IMG/VR virus record: IMGVR_UViG_3300044445_000054 | Direction: 5' to 3' (one strand) | DNA from: a virus | Taxonomy: Duplodnaviria > Heunggongvirae > Uroviricota > Caudoviricetes | Length of the DNA stretch: 21,973 bases | Shown: positions 8,679 to 16,069 of the stretch, piece by piece | Position numbering within the stretch: position 1 is the stretch's first letter | Layout of the letters: every line of letters begins with the position of its first letter | Program-made: the position numbers and the translations under genes | Notes under the pieces: model-generated | What the model was told of the DNA's origin: nothing | What the model saw: the letters and a program-made list of their open reading frames with translations, nothing else | Databases searched by the model: none

Positions 8679-10586
8679 ATCCCAGACATGATCCGCTACG
8701 CCCGCGCCCCGGTGCGTCACGAGGATAATCTGGGACAGGTGTTTCTTCAGTCCGACCAGTGCTTGCAGCGTCGCCTCGCGGCGGCCCGCGTCCATGTCGC
8801 CGTCGATCTCGTCGGCAAGGAACACCGGGAAGACGTGCCCGACCAGCGCCATGCCCATCGCCACGCGCAGCGCGATGTTCGCGACCGTCACGCCCGCACC
8901 GGACAGCGTCTCGATGCGCTGGCCGCCGACCACGATCTCCATGTCGTCGGTCAGGACCAAGTCCTTGAGCTTGCCCATCGTCATGTCGCGGATCAGGCTG
9001 GTGGCGATGTGGCTGATCTTGGGCGCGAGCATCGCCTTGACCGTGGCACGGGCGGTCGCGATGTCCTTGGCACCAGCCGCGTACTCGTCGGCCAGATGCT
9101 GGGCGTCACGCACCTTGGCGCTCGTATCCTTGAACGTCTCGTTCGCCAGATCGTAGGCACGGCACTCGGCCTCGTACCGCTCCGCCTCGCTCAGCCGCTC
9201 GTACAGCGCCGTCAGCTCGTCAGGCGTCGGCACTACCCCCAACGCGTCCAGCTGGCCCTGTAGCACGGCGTTGGCGGCCTGCGCCGTCTCGTACAGGTCC
9301 AGCTGTTCCTTGTACGCCTCGAAGCGGGCATGGTTGGTGCGCAGCGTAGCCAGCTCGGCGGACTTGTCCTCGGGTATGTCGAGGGCATCGAGCGCGGCAC
9401 GGGCCGCCGCGTACCGGGCGTCGGCGGCGCGGGACTCGCGGTGTTGCGCGATCTCCCGGTCGGTCATGTCCGGCCCATCCGGCAGGATCAGGGCCGGGCC
9501 TTGGTGGCGCTGCCGCTGGCGGTCGTCATCACGCAGGGCCGTCTTCGTCCACGCAGGCACGGCGGGCGGCGGCCCGTCGACGTGGAAGACGTGGCGGCAG
9601 CTGGGGCAGGTGATCGCCTCGCTCGGCTTGTAGGCGTCGTAGATCGCCCACGCCGCCCAGTTAGCCTCCGACTGGGCGGCGGTGAGCTGCGGTGCCGGAC
9701 CGCGCGCTTCGATCGCGGCGCGGATTACGTTGCGCTCGGCGGCGGCAATAAGCTCGCTCTCGGGCTTCGCATTGGCCACGAAGATGCGGCACTCCTGCAA
9801 GACGTGGTTGAGCCGCTGGCGCTCACCCTCCGCCGCAAGCCGCCGGGCCTCGCTTGCCGCTAGAGCTGCAATCGCCTCGACTCGGTAGACGGGGACGTTC
9901 GGATTGGTCGGCTCCACCCACGTCTTCATCCGCGAGCGGATCGCGTCGGCCTTGGCGACGACGTCGCGCAGCTGCGCGAGGTCGGCGCGGGCCTGCGCGC
10001 TGGGGAAGTAGTTGGCGGGCGGCTGCGGCGCGTCGCCGGGGGCGCGCAGCGTCTTGGTCAGCGCCTCGACCTCGCGCTTGAACCCCTTGGCCTCGTCACG
10101 GCACGACTTCTCGGTGGCCTCGGCGGCGGTGAGCCGCGCCACCTTGTCGATGATCGCCTTGCGCTCGGCGGGACGCAGCTTGCCCAGCCGCTGCACGTCG
10201 CCCTGCGTGGCGGCGTTGCACAGGTCGAACACGTCGAGGTCGTAGCCGAGCAGATCGACGGCCTTGGCCGTCGTCTCGGTCGCGCCCTTGGCGATCATCG
10301 ACCCGCTCGCGTCCTTCACCCACTCATGGCGGCCACGGCTGAACGTGTACCGCGCACCGCGGATGGTGAACTCGCCGGTGGCGTTCGCTTCCTTGTAGTC
10401 GTCGGCGACGCCGCGCAGGGCCGCCTTGCCGAACAGGAGCCAACGCACCGTCTCGACGGACAGGTACGTCTTGCCGCTCCCGTTCTCGCCAACCACGGCG
10501 GTGATGCCGGATTGGGGTTGATAATCTGCGTTCAGGGTTGCACCGCTAAGCGGGAAGAACGCGGCGGATGTGAGTCGGTTTATCAT
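8667..10586 (-). CDS. SbcC/Rad50-like ABC ATPase
   Basis: Walker A GENGSGKT, central CPSC zinc hook between coiled coils, signature LSGAG, Walker B FLADEID, D-loop, H-loop ILVTH. Confidence 0.9.
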   Translation of the reverse strand: MINRLTSAAFFPLSGATLNADYQPQSGITAVVGENGSGKTYLSVETVRWLLFGKAALRGVADDYKEANATGEFTIRGARYTFSRGRHEWVKDASGSMIAKGATETTAKAVDLLGYDLDVFDLCNAATQGDVQRLGKLRPAERKAIIDKVARLTAAEATEKSCRDEAKGFKREVEALTKTLRAPGDAPQPPANYFPSAQARADLAQLRDVVAKADAIRSRMKTWVEPTNPNVPVYRVEAIAALAASEARRLAAEGERQRLNHVLQECRIFVANAKPESELIAAAERNVIRAAIEARGPAPQLTAAQSEANWAAWAIYDAYKPSEAITCPSCRHVFHVDGPPPAVPAWTKTALRDDDRQRQRHQGPALILPDGPDMTDREIAQHRESRAADARYAAARAALDALDIPEDKSAELATLRTNHARFEAYKEQLDLYETAQAANAVLQGQLDALGVVPTPDELTALYERLSEAERYEAECRAYDLANETFKDTSAKVRDAQHLADEYAAGAKDIATARATVKAMLAPKISHIATSLIRDMTMGKLKDLVLTDDMEIVVGGQRIETLSGAGVTVANIALRVAMGMALVGHVFPVFLADEIDGDMDAGRREATLQALVGLKKHLSQIILVTHRGAGVADHVWDVTG

Positions 10587-10668
10587 GGTCTGCCTCTACT
10601 CCTATTCATTCTTTATTCCTTTCTCAATTCTCATTTCTACCGAGTAAAAATAGGAGTTACCCCTTACC
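10587..10668. promoter_or_regulatory. AT-rich divergent intergenic region bounded by a 9-bp inverted repeat
   Basis: 82 bp, strongly pyrimidine-rich on the + strand. ACTCCTATT (10598-10606) and AATAGGAGT (10649-10657) each supply the AGGAG Shine-Dalgarno of one divergent gene. Confidence 0.6.
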
Positions 10669-11232
10669 ATGAAGACGAACCCCGCAGGCTTTTTCAAGAA
10701 CACCATCCTCGTGCACGAGAGCGCGCGGCACTCGGTGGATCCAGACGATCGCGGCAACTGGCACGGCGGCCGGATGGTCGGCTCCAAGTACGGGGTGACC
10801 GGCGACGCACTGGCACGCCACCGCGGCGTGGCTCGCGTGACACGGCAGGACATGGCCGCGCTGGGTGAAGCGGAAGCGATCGCGCTCGGCCTCAAGGGCT
10901 ACTACCACACCAACGGCATCGACAAGCTGCCGTGGGATGCGGTGATCGCGGGCGTCGTCGATCTCGGCTTCAACGCCGGACCGGGTGCCGCCGTCAAGGT
11001 GCTCCAGCGCCTGATCGGCACGGGCGCGGACGGGCAGGCAGGCGACGGCACGAAGCGGGCGTACGAGAAGTGGCGCGCCGCGCGCACCGAAGAGAAGGCG
11101 ATGATCGACTGGACGTCGGCTCGGATCGCCTTCTACGTTGGCCTCAAGAACCCCAAGTATATCAACGGCTGGACCAACCGCGCACGCAGCTTCGTGCCGG
11201 GCGGGTCGTGGTGGAAGGCGAACGTCGGATGA
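10669..11232 (+). CDS. Endolysin, glycoside hydrolase family 108 with C-terminal peptidoglycan-binding segment
   Basis: HE..H..DP.D.GN...GSKYGVT N-terminal motif, VVD.G.NAG.G.A...LQR, and C-terminal Y..GW.NR. SD AGGAG; first gene of the lysis cassette. Confidence 0.85.
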   Translation: MKTNPAGFFKNTILVHESARHSVDPDDRGNWHGGRMVGSKYGVTGDALARHRGVARVTRQDMAALGEAEAIALGLKGYYHTNGIDKLPWDAVIAGVVDLGFNAGPGAAVKVLQRLIGTGADGQAGDGTKRAYEKWRAARTEEKAMIDWTSARIAFYVGLKNPKYINGWTNRARSFVPGGSWWKANVG

Positions 11233-11618
11233 GTGCTGCACCAATCGCAACCGGTCATCGTTTTCGCTGGACCGTGCTCGCCTTCGTCGCGGCCGGGATA
11301 CTCGTCAGTGCTCTCGTCGTGTGGCAGCTGTACGAGACAACCCCCGCGCGCTGGTGCGCAATCGCCCTGCAGGGTACGAACGAGGGCTGCTTCACGGTCC
11401 TGCTCAAGCTCTTGGAGATCAAGGACCACGCCGTCATTGGCCTGCTCGCGATCCTGGGGCTAACCGTGCTGTCGCTCGTTGCAGTGGCGTTGGGTGTGAA
11501 CATCAAGGCGGCCGGACCCGGCGGCACCAGTGTGGACATTGGGGCCGACGATACGACGATCACCACACCTGACGCGTCAGTCACCCTCCCCACCCCTCCT
11601 TCCGAGGAAACCCGGTAA
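11229..11618 (+). CDS. Holin candidate (two transmembrane helices)
   Basis: ATGA overlap with the endolysin stop; 129 aa. TM segments WTVLAFVAAGILVSALVVW and AVIGLLAILGLTVLSLVAVALGV; acidic C-tail. Lies between endolysin and spanins. Confidence 0.6.
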   Translation: MSAAPIATGHRFRWTVLAFVAAGILVSALVVWQLYETTPARWCAIALQGTNEGCFTVLLKLLEIKDHAVIGLLAILGLTVLSLVAVALGVNIKAAGPGGTSVDIGADDTTITTPDASVTLPTPPSEETR

Positions 11619-12049
11619 TGTTCGGCCTCGCCTTTCCCTCCCCTTGGAAGCTCGCCACCGGCGGCGCGGCCATCATTGCGCTGCTCCTCACGGTGTTGCT
11701 GTTCTCCAGCTACAAGGTCAACCAAGACCTGACGCAGCAGCGCGCGGTCCTCCAGAAGTCGATCAACGACCCTGAGACCGGCTTCATCGTCCAGCTGGCG
11801 CAGGCCCGCACCAACGTCGAGACCTTGAAGGTCGAGGTCGAGCGGCAGAGCCAAGCGTACGACAAGCTCTCCAAGGACAGCGAAATTGCGCTGGCCGCGG
11901 CTCGCGCGAAACTTGCGGTCGCGCAGCAGGAGACCAAGGCTATCGAACGGAAAGTAGCCGGTTTTCTCGCAACCAAGCCACAAGGGGCTACCCTCGAAGA
12001 TCGCATTCGCGATATTGACGACAGGGCCATGAAGGAGTTCCTGCCGTGA
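11618..12049 (+). CDS. Inner-membrane spanin (Rz-like)
   Basis: N-terminal TM anchor followed by a long predicted coiled coil; immediately precedes a lipoprotein gene. Confidence 0.75.
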   Translation: MFGLAFPSPWKLATGGAAIIALLLTVLLFSSYKVNQDLTQQRAVLQKSINDPETGFIVQLAQARTNVETLKVEVERQSQAYDKLSKDSEIALAAARAKLAVAQQETKAIERKVAGFLATKPQGATLEDRIRDIDDRAMKEFLP

Positions 12050-12345
12050 AGTTCATACTAGCCCTGATGCTCCTTCCTCTGGCCGCCTGTGCCACGAAGG
12101 AGCTGCCGCGGCCGGAGCCGATCGTCGTGGTCAAAGAGGTGAAGGTGCCCGTCGCAGTGTCCTGCATCCCCCAGACCTACAACGAGAAGCGTCCCGACTA
12201 CGTGGACAGCAACGAGGCCCTGCGCGCTGCGCTGGACCCCGGTGACCGATACCAGCTCCTGTGGGCTGGGCGCGCACAGCGCATCGCCCGCGAGGGCGAG
12301 AACGAGGCGGTCATCTCTGGATGTCCGCGAGGGAGTTTGAAGTGA
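12046..12345 (+). CDS. Outer-membrane spanin lipoprotein (Rz1-like, only 4-bp overlap with Rz)
   Basis: Signal peptide MKFILALMLLP, lipobox LAAC, Pro-rich linker (LPRPEP..VKVPV..SC), further Cys near the C-terminus. GTGA overlap with the Rz-like gene. Confidence 0.8.
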   Translation: MKFILALMLLPLAACATKELPRPEPIVVVKEVKVPVAVSCIPQTYNEKRPDYVDSNEALRAALDPGDRYQLLWAGRAQRIAREGENEAVISGCPRGSLK

Positions 12346-12346
12346 G

Positions 12347-12739
12347 ATGCCCGATCAGTACGTCGATCAGGTCGCCCGCGATCGCGCGGGCGACGCGGTG
12401 CATGACATCAGGAACTTCCGCGCGGTAGCGGAGGTCCAGCTGCGCCAGCTGGACACGAAGATCGAGACCACTCACGCCGAGACCAACAGCAAGATCGACC
12501 GGATCGAGAGCGCGATCAAGTGGGCGGGCGGCCTGATCCTGTCGACCATCCTCGCCGTACTGGCGTGGGCGGTCAGCCAGCAGATCAATGCCAACGAGTC
12601 GCAGAAGCGCGAGATGGCCCAGCAGATCGAAATCTTGAAGACTCAGGAGCGGGCGCGTGTGGACGCCCGCTCCGAAATCCTGTCGAGGCTACCGCCCCGT
12701 GCTACCGAAGCCCCCGCTCCCTCGGAGGGTGGCCGGTAG
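12347..12739 (+). CDS. Single-TM coiled-coil membrane protein of the lysis cassette (second holin/antiholin or XhlA-like candidate)
   Basis: 130 aa: N-terminal coiled coil, one TM (WAGGLILSTILAVLAWAV), C-terminal coiled coil. Last 51 bp overlap dUTPase convergently. Confidence 0.6.
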   Translation: MPDQYVDQVARDRAGDAVHDIRNFRAVAEVQLRQLDTKIETTHAETNSKIDRIESAIKWAGGLILSTILAVLAWAVSQQINANESQKREMAQQIEILKTQERARVDARSEILSRLPPRATEAPAPSEGGR

Positions 12740-13141
12740 TTCTTCGACCGCCGTCACTGCTGGGCCGTAGACCTCGGAGAAGGCCAGCTGGGCGATGCGG
12801 TCGCCGACCTTGATGTGTAGGACTTCGCTGCCGAAGTTCGATAGCACGACCATGACCTCGCCGCGGTAGTCGGAGTCAATCGTCCCGATCCCATTGGTCA
12901 CGAACACGGCGTGCTTCGCCGCTAGTCCACTTCGGCTGCGCACCTGCATCTCGTATCCCTCGGGCACGGCGAACGCGAGACCAGTGTGAATTGCGGCGGT
13001 CTTGCCGGGCGGTAGCGGAAAGTCCTCCGCCGACTGGAGGTCCATCGCCGCCGCACCCGCCGTGGCGAACCGGGGCAGATCGTTCGTCGTAGGAAAGGTC
13101 GACAGGCGCTGAACGAGCACCGGGGGCATTGTCTTTCGCAT
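12689..13141 (-). CDS. dut: Trimeric dUTPase
   Basis: All five motifs: AMDL, RSGLAAK, GTIDSDYRGE, GDRIAQL, RGSGGFGSTG. SD GGAG about 8 nt upstream. Confidence 0.95.
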   Translation of the reverse strand: MRKTMPPVLVQRLSTFPTTNDLPRFATAGAAAMDLQSAEDFPLPPGKTAAIHTGLAFAVPEGYEMQVRSRSGLAAKHAVFVTNGIGTIDSDYRGEVMVVLSNFGSEVLHIKVGDRIAQLAFSEVYGPAVTAVEELPATLRGSGGFGSTGR

Positions 13142-13415
13142 AGGTCATCTCCAACCATGATATGCCAGTGGTAACGGCCGACCGGAGCAGGTCCGGCCGG
13201 TGTACGCCCAGGCACAGGGCGTAGCGATTTTCAAAGGGACGGTGACTGCTGATGCGGATCACCTTCCGATCTAGGCTGTCGGGGTGCAGAATGAGATACC
13301 GGCTATCCGAGTGCAAGACGTGGCTCGCCTGAATGGTGCAGGGCACCCCCAGCGCACGAGCCGCATCATAGAGCTTTACTGCAACCTCAGCGCTGTTCTT
13401 TGGCGGCTGAGACAC
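12876..13415 (-). CDS. Hypothetical protein; the first ~90 aa fill the sbcD-dut gap, the rest overlaps dut out of frame
   Basis: GTG with AAGGA 9 nt upstream. S.SRYL...VIRISSH resembles a common small phage protein pattern. Atypical codon usage and no stop before dut. Confidence 0.35.
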   Translation of the reverse strand: MSQPPKNSAEVAVKLYDAARALGVPCTIQASHVLHSDSRYLILHPDSLDRKVIRISSHRPFENRYALCLGVHRPDLLRSAVTTGISWLEMTYAKDNAPGARSAPVDLSYDERSAPVRHGGCGGDGPPVGGGLSATARQDRRNSHWSRVRRARGIRDAGAQPKWTSGEARRVRDQWDRDD

Positions 13416-14358
13416 GGAGGGACATCCTTTCTTCGATGAACCCCCGGACGCGGGGGTCGCGATCGGCGATGCGCTCTCTCACAATACGATGGAAGTCGTA
13501 ATCGTCAACTGACACCGTAATATCATCATCTTCCTGCTCCGCCTGTAACCGCTTGTGGGTCAAAGCGAGGCAGTCAACCTCCGGCAGGTCAACGCCCTGC
13601 GGCAGGAGCACGCGGACGTGCTTGTCGTGGAGGTCGGTGCGGAACATCGCATCCTCCAGCGAGAGCGTGACATACATGTCGCCCTCGCCGTGCGCGTACG
13701 GCTCCATCGAGCCGGTGCAGTTCACTTCTCCGTATCGACCGGAGACATGGTAGTGCCCTGACCAAATCCCACCAAGATCGGGCCACGCAGCGCGCAGTGC
13801 GGCAACAGGAGCGAGGTGGTCGTCCTTGCCGTCGAAGACGGACAAGTCCCAGTGCCCGACGGCGTGCTCGATGCCCACAGCATTCGCAACATCAGCGACT
13901 TGATCGTCAGCACGGCGGTCCCACTCCCACGGAAAAAAGGCGATGCGGCCGACCGCGGCGGGTCGGTCGAGGATAATCAGATTGGCGAAGCGCCCCTGCG
14001 TCATTTCGCGGAAGGCATGCCACGCGCCGACCAGCGCCAGATTGCGCGGCTTGTCGTGGTTCCCGGCGATGAAGACGTAGACGGTGCCGCTGTTGCGCTC
14101 CGCGGCCGACAGCGTGGCGCGGGCGGCGGCGACGATCACGGCGTCGGGGACGTACGGGTTGTCGAACAGGTCGCCGATCATGACGACGAACTCGACGTCC
14201 GCTTCCAGCTCGTCGGCGAAGTGCGCGGCCTGTCGGCTCTCACGCTCGCCCAGCCGGTGCTGGAGGATGCCCTGATCCTCGCCGAACTTTTTGCCGAGGT
14301 GCGGGTCACCGATCAGGTGAACCCGCTCGCCGGTCGATAGGGTGAAGTCGTTGTACAT
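13387..14358 (-). CDS. SbcD/Mre11-like metallophosphoesterase nuclease
   Basis: Motifs GDPHLG, GDLFD, AGNHD, GHW and SGHYH; the partner ATPase is in the window. Confidence 0.9.
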   Translation of the reverse strand: MYNDFTLSTGERVHLIGDPHLGKKFGEDQGILQHRLGERESRQAAHFADELEADVEFVVMIGDLFDNPYVPDAVIVAAARATLSAAERNSGTVYVFIAGNHDKPRNLALVGAWHAFREMTQGRFANLIILDRPAAVGRIAFFPWEWDRRADDQVADVANAVGIEHAVGHWDLSVFDGKDDHLAPVAALRAAWPDLGGIWSGHYHVSGRYGEVNCTGSMEPYAHGEGDMYVTLSLEDAMFRTDLHDKHVRVLLPQGVDLPEVDCLALTHKRLQAEQEDDDITVSVDDYDFHRIVRERIADRDPRVRGFIEERMSLRVSAAKEQR

Positions 14359-14367
14359 GTTGCCCCT

Positions 14368-14397
14368 AAAACGAAGAGGGGAGCCGAAGCTCCCCTC
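14368..14397 (-). terminator. Rho-independent terminator with cUUCGg tetraloop
   Basis: Minus strand GAGGGGAGC-TTCG-GCTCCCCTC then TTCGTTTT, 6 nt after the stop at 14403. Confidence 0.8.
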
Positions 14398-14402
14398 AAA
14401 GG

Positions 14403-14576
14403 TCAGCCCGTGATCGCGCCGGGGCGGACCTTGCGGACCTTGCCGCCGCTGTCCTTGGTCACGACGAACTGGCCGTCGTGGCCGGTAACCTCGGCACCGC
14501 TGACGGCAACGCGCGTCGGACCGGCGAGGAAGGAAACGTTGCTGCCAATGGCGAACTCGGTGGGGGACTTGCTCAT
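14403..14576 (-). CDS. 57-aa small basic beta-rich protein (below the ORF-track cutoff)
   Basis: MSKSPTEFAIGSNVSFLAGPTRVAVSGAEVTGHDGQFVVTKDSGGKVRKVRPGAITG. SD AGGAG 7 nt upstream, optimal codon usage, own promoter and terminator. Confidence 0.8.
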   Translation of the reverse strand: MSKSPTEFAIGSNVSFLAGPTRVAVSGAEVTGHDGQFVVTKDSGGKVRKVRPGAITG

Positions 14577-14610
14577 GTTCAATCTCCTGCGCGGACGTGC
14601 GCTGTCAGGT

Positions 14611-14638
14611 TCAATAAGACCTAGAACATATAGGTCAA
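14611..14638 (-). promoter_or_regulatory. Sigma70-like promoter overlapped by an inverted repeat
   Basis: TTGACC (14638-14633), 16 nt, TATTGA (14616-14611). GACCTA-N7-TAGGTC palindrome at 14618-14636. Confidence 0.55.
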
Positions 14639-14641
14639 GGA

Positions 14642-14881
14642 CTAATCACGCGCAGTCCAGATCAGAAGAACCAAAAGTCCTGCGAGCGCGGAGGCGATGG
14701 CCCGCGCGCCGCCGATCGTCGGCGTCGACCAAGTCGAGAGCATGCAGGCCGTGTCGCCGTCCTCCATCGTCGCGAGGCAGATCGTGGCCCCGTCGCTGGC
14801 GAACCAGTACCACAGGATGTATCCGAAGGCGGCGACAACGATCGTCAGCAGCACACGGATGATGAGGTCGAGCGGGTTCAT
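14642..14881 (-). CDS. Small membrane protein (79 aa, two TM helices)
   Basis: MNPLDLIIRVLLTIVVAAFGYILWYWF...IASALAGLLVLLIW. Start from the ATGA overlap with the exonuclease stop; Cys pair in the loop. Confidence 0.65.
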   Translation of the reverse strand: MNPLDLIIRVLLTIVVAAFGYILWYWFASDGATICLATMEDGDTACMLSTWSTPTIGGARAIASALAGLLVLLIWTARD

Positions 14882-15441
14882 GCGATCGACGCCGTCACAT
14901 GAGCGCGCTTGGCCTTGAACATGCAATCGATCTGCCACGCCACGTCGTGCAGGGCGTTGTGCTTGGAGCCACCGGCGGGGAAGGGCACCTCGTCCTCGAT
15001 CGTGGTCTTGGTCGCCTGCCCTCGCAGGCCGCTGATCCAGCTATGCATGTCGAGGTACTTGCCGTGGGCGAACGGGAAGACAATGTCGAGGTCGAGCATG
15101 TTGCTCTCGATCAGCGGCCAATCGAACTTCACCGGCTTGGCGACGAAGATGTAGCCACCGAACGGCGCGTCCTTCGAGCAGAAATCGGCGAAGGCTTGGA
15201 AGACCTCGCGCGCCGGGCGCTGCCGGGCGATGATTGAGGACAGCACGTCGCGGTTGTCCTGCATCCAGAACTTGCGGGTGCTGTCGTCCCACCGGCGGCG
15301 CGGCAGGATCATCGGACACATGTCGAAGGCGGCCCCGACCTTCAAGGTCATGGGGTTGAACTTCATGGCGGCGATCTGAATGATGCCTGCGAGGTCGGGG
15401 GTCACGCCGGTTGTCTCGACGTCGACCATGATGTGTGTCAT
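14878..15441 (-). CDS. DEDDh 3'-5' exonuclease (RNase T / DnaQ-like)
   Basis: ExoI MVDVETTG, ExoII KFDWPLI, ExoIII HNALHD. Start 15441 from the ATGA overlap. Confidence 0.85.
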   Translation of the reverse strand: MTHIMVDVETTGVTPDLAGIIQIAAMKFNPMTLKVGAAFDMCPMILPRRRWDDSTRKFWMQDNRDVLSSIIARQRPAREVFQAFADFCSKDAPFGGYIFVAKPVKFDWPLIESNMLDLDIVFPFAHGKYLDMHSWISGLRGQATKTTIEDEVPFPAGGSKHNALHDVAWQIDCMFKAKRAHVTASIA

Positions 15442-15851
15442 TTCGTCCACGGGGTCATATCCTCAAACTTGATGGAGCGCTTGCCCGTCTTCAGGGCGTG
15501 CGCGTACTGGGCACACGTCATAGTGTACCAGCGGCCTAATGTATAACTAAATATGTAGAACGTGTACGCGCCGTGGCCCTTGAGATATTCCTGCTGGGCC
15601 GCTGCATCCTGTCCGCTCTCGATCTGCTTGAACGGGAAGGCGTCCTTGTGCCACGTCGACTTGACCTCGGCGTAGTGCAGGGGCACGTCGGGCGCGGACA
15701 CGAGGAAGTCCGACGGTTTCTTGAAGTCGTTGATGCGGGCACCCGCATTGATCGCCATCAAGTCCTTGCGGTCCCGCAGCCGCTGGATGTGGCCGCGTGT
15801 CGTCCAGTAGGCGACGAAGGACCGCTCGGCTTCCTTGCCATCGTTCTTCAC
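15438..15851 (-). CDS. PD-(D/E)xK nuclease, probable Holliday junction resolvase (RecU-like)
   Basis: G..AE...PSDF...YAEVKST...FPF..I...Q pattern. GTG start overlapping the upstream TGA; 137 aa. Confidence 0.65.
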   Translation of the reverse strand: MKNDGKEAERSFVAYWTTRGHIQRLRDRKDLMAINAGARINDFKKPSDFLVSAPDVPLHYAEVKSTWHKDAFPFKQIESGQDAAAQQEYLKGHGAYTFYIFSYTLGRWYTMTCAQYAHALKTGKRSIKFEDMTPWTK

Positions 15852-16069
15852 GCCTCCGGCTCCGCAAAGCGGATGCTGACGTTGCGCACGATCAGCGCGA
15901 AGGCGACGAAGCCCAGCGCCGTCCCCCGTGCACCCGCCGACCATGCGCCGGGGTTCAGCTCCCACCACACCCACGCCGTGCACAGATACGAGGCTGCGAC
16001 GATGAGGGTGGTCAGGATCAGCATACCCAGCAGGCGGCCGACGACTTCACGAGGGACGGTGATCTTCAT
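15848..16069 (-). CDS. Small membrane protein (73 aa, two TM helices)
   Basis: MKITVPREVVGRLLGMLILTTLIVAASYLCTAWVWW...ALGFVAFALIV. ATGA overlap with the polymerase stop. Confidence 0.65.
   Translation of the reverse strand: MKITVPREVVGRLLGMLILTTLIVAASYLCTAWVWWELNPGAWSAGARGTALGFVAFALIVRNVSIRFAEPEA

Noticed and set aside
10326-10895. ORFs 10326-10868 (+) and 10602-10895 (-) crossing the AT-rich spacer
   Set aside because: They overlap both flanking real genes and read through a low-complexity regulatory spacer.
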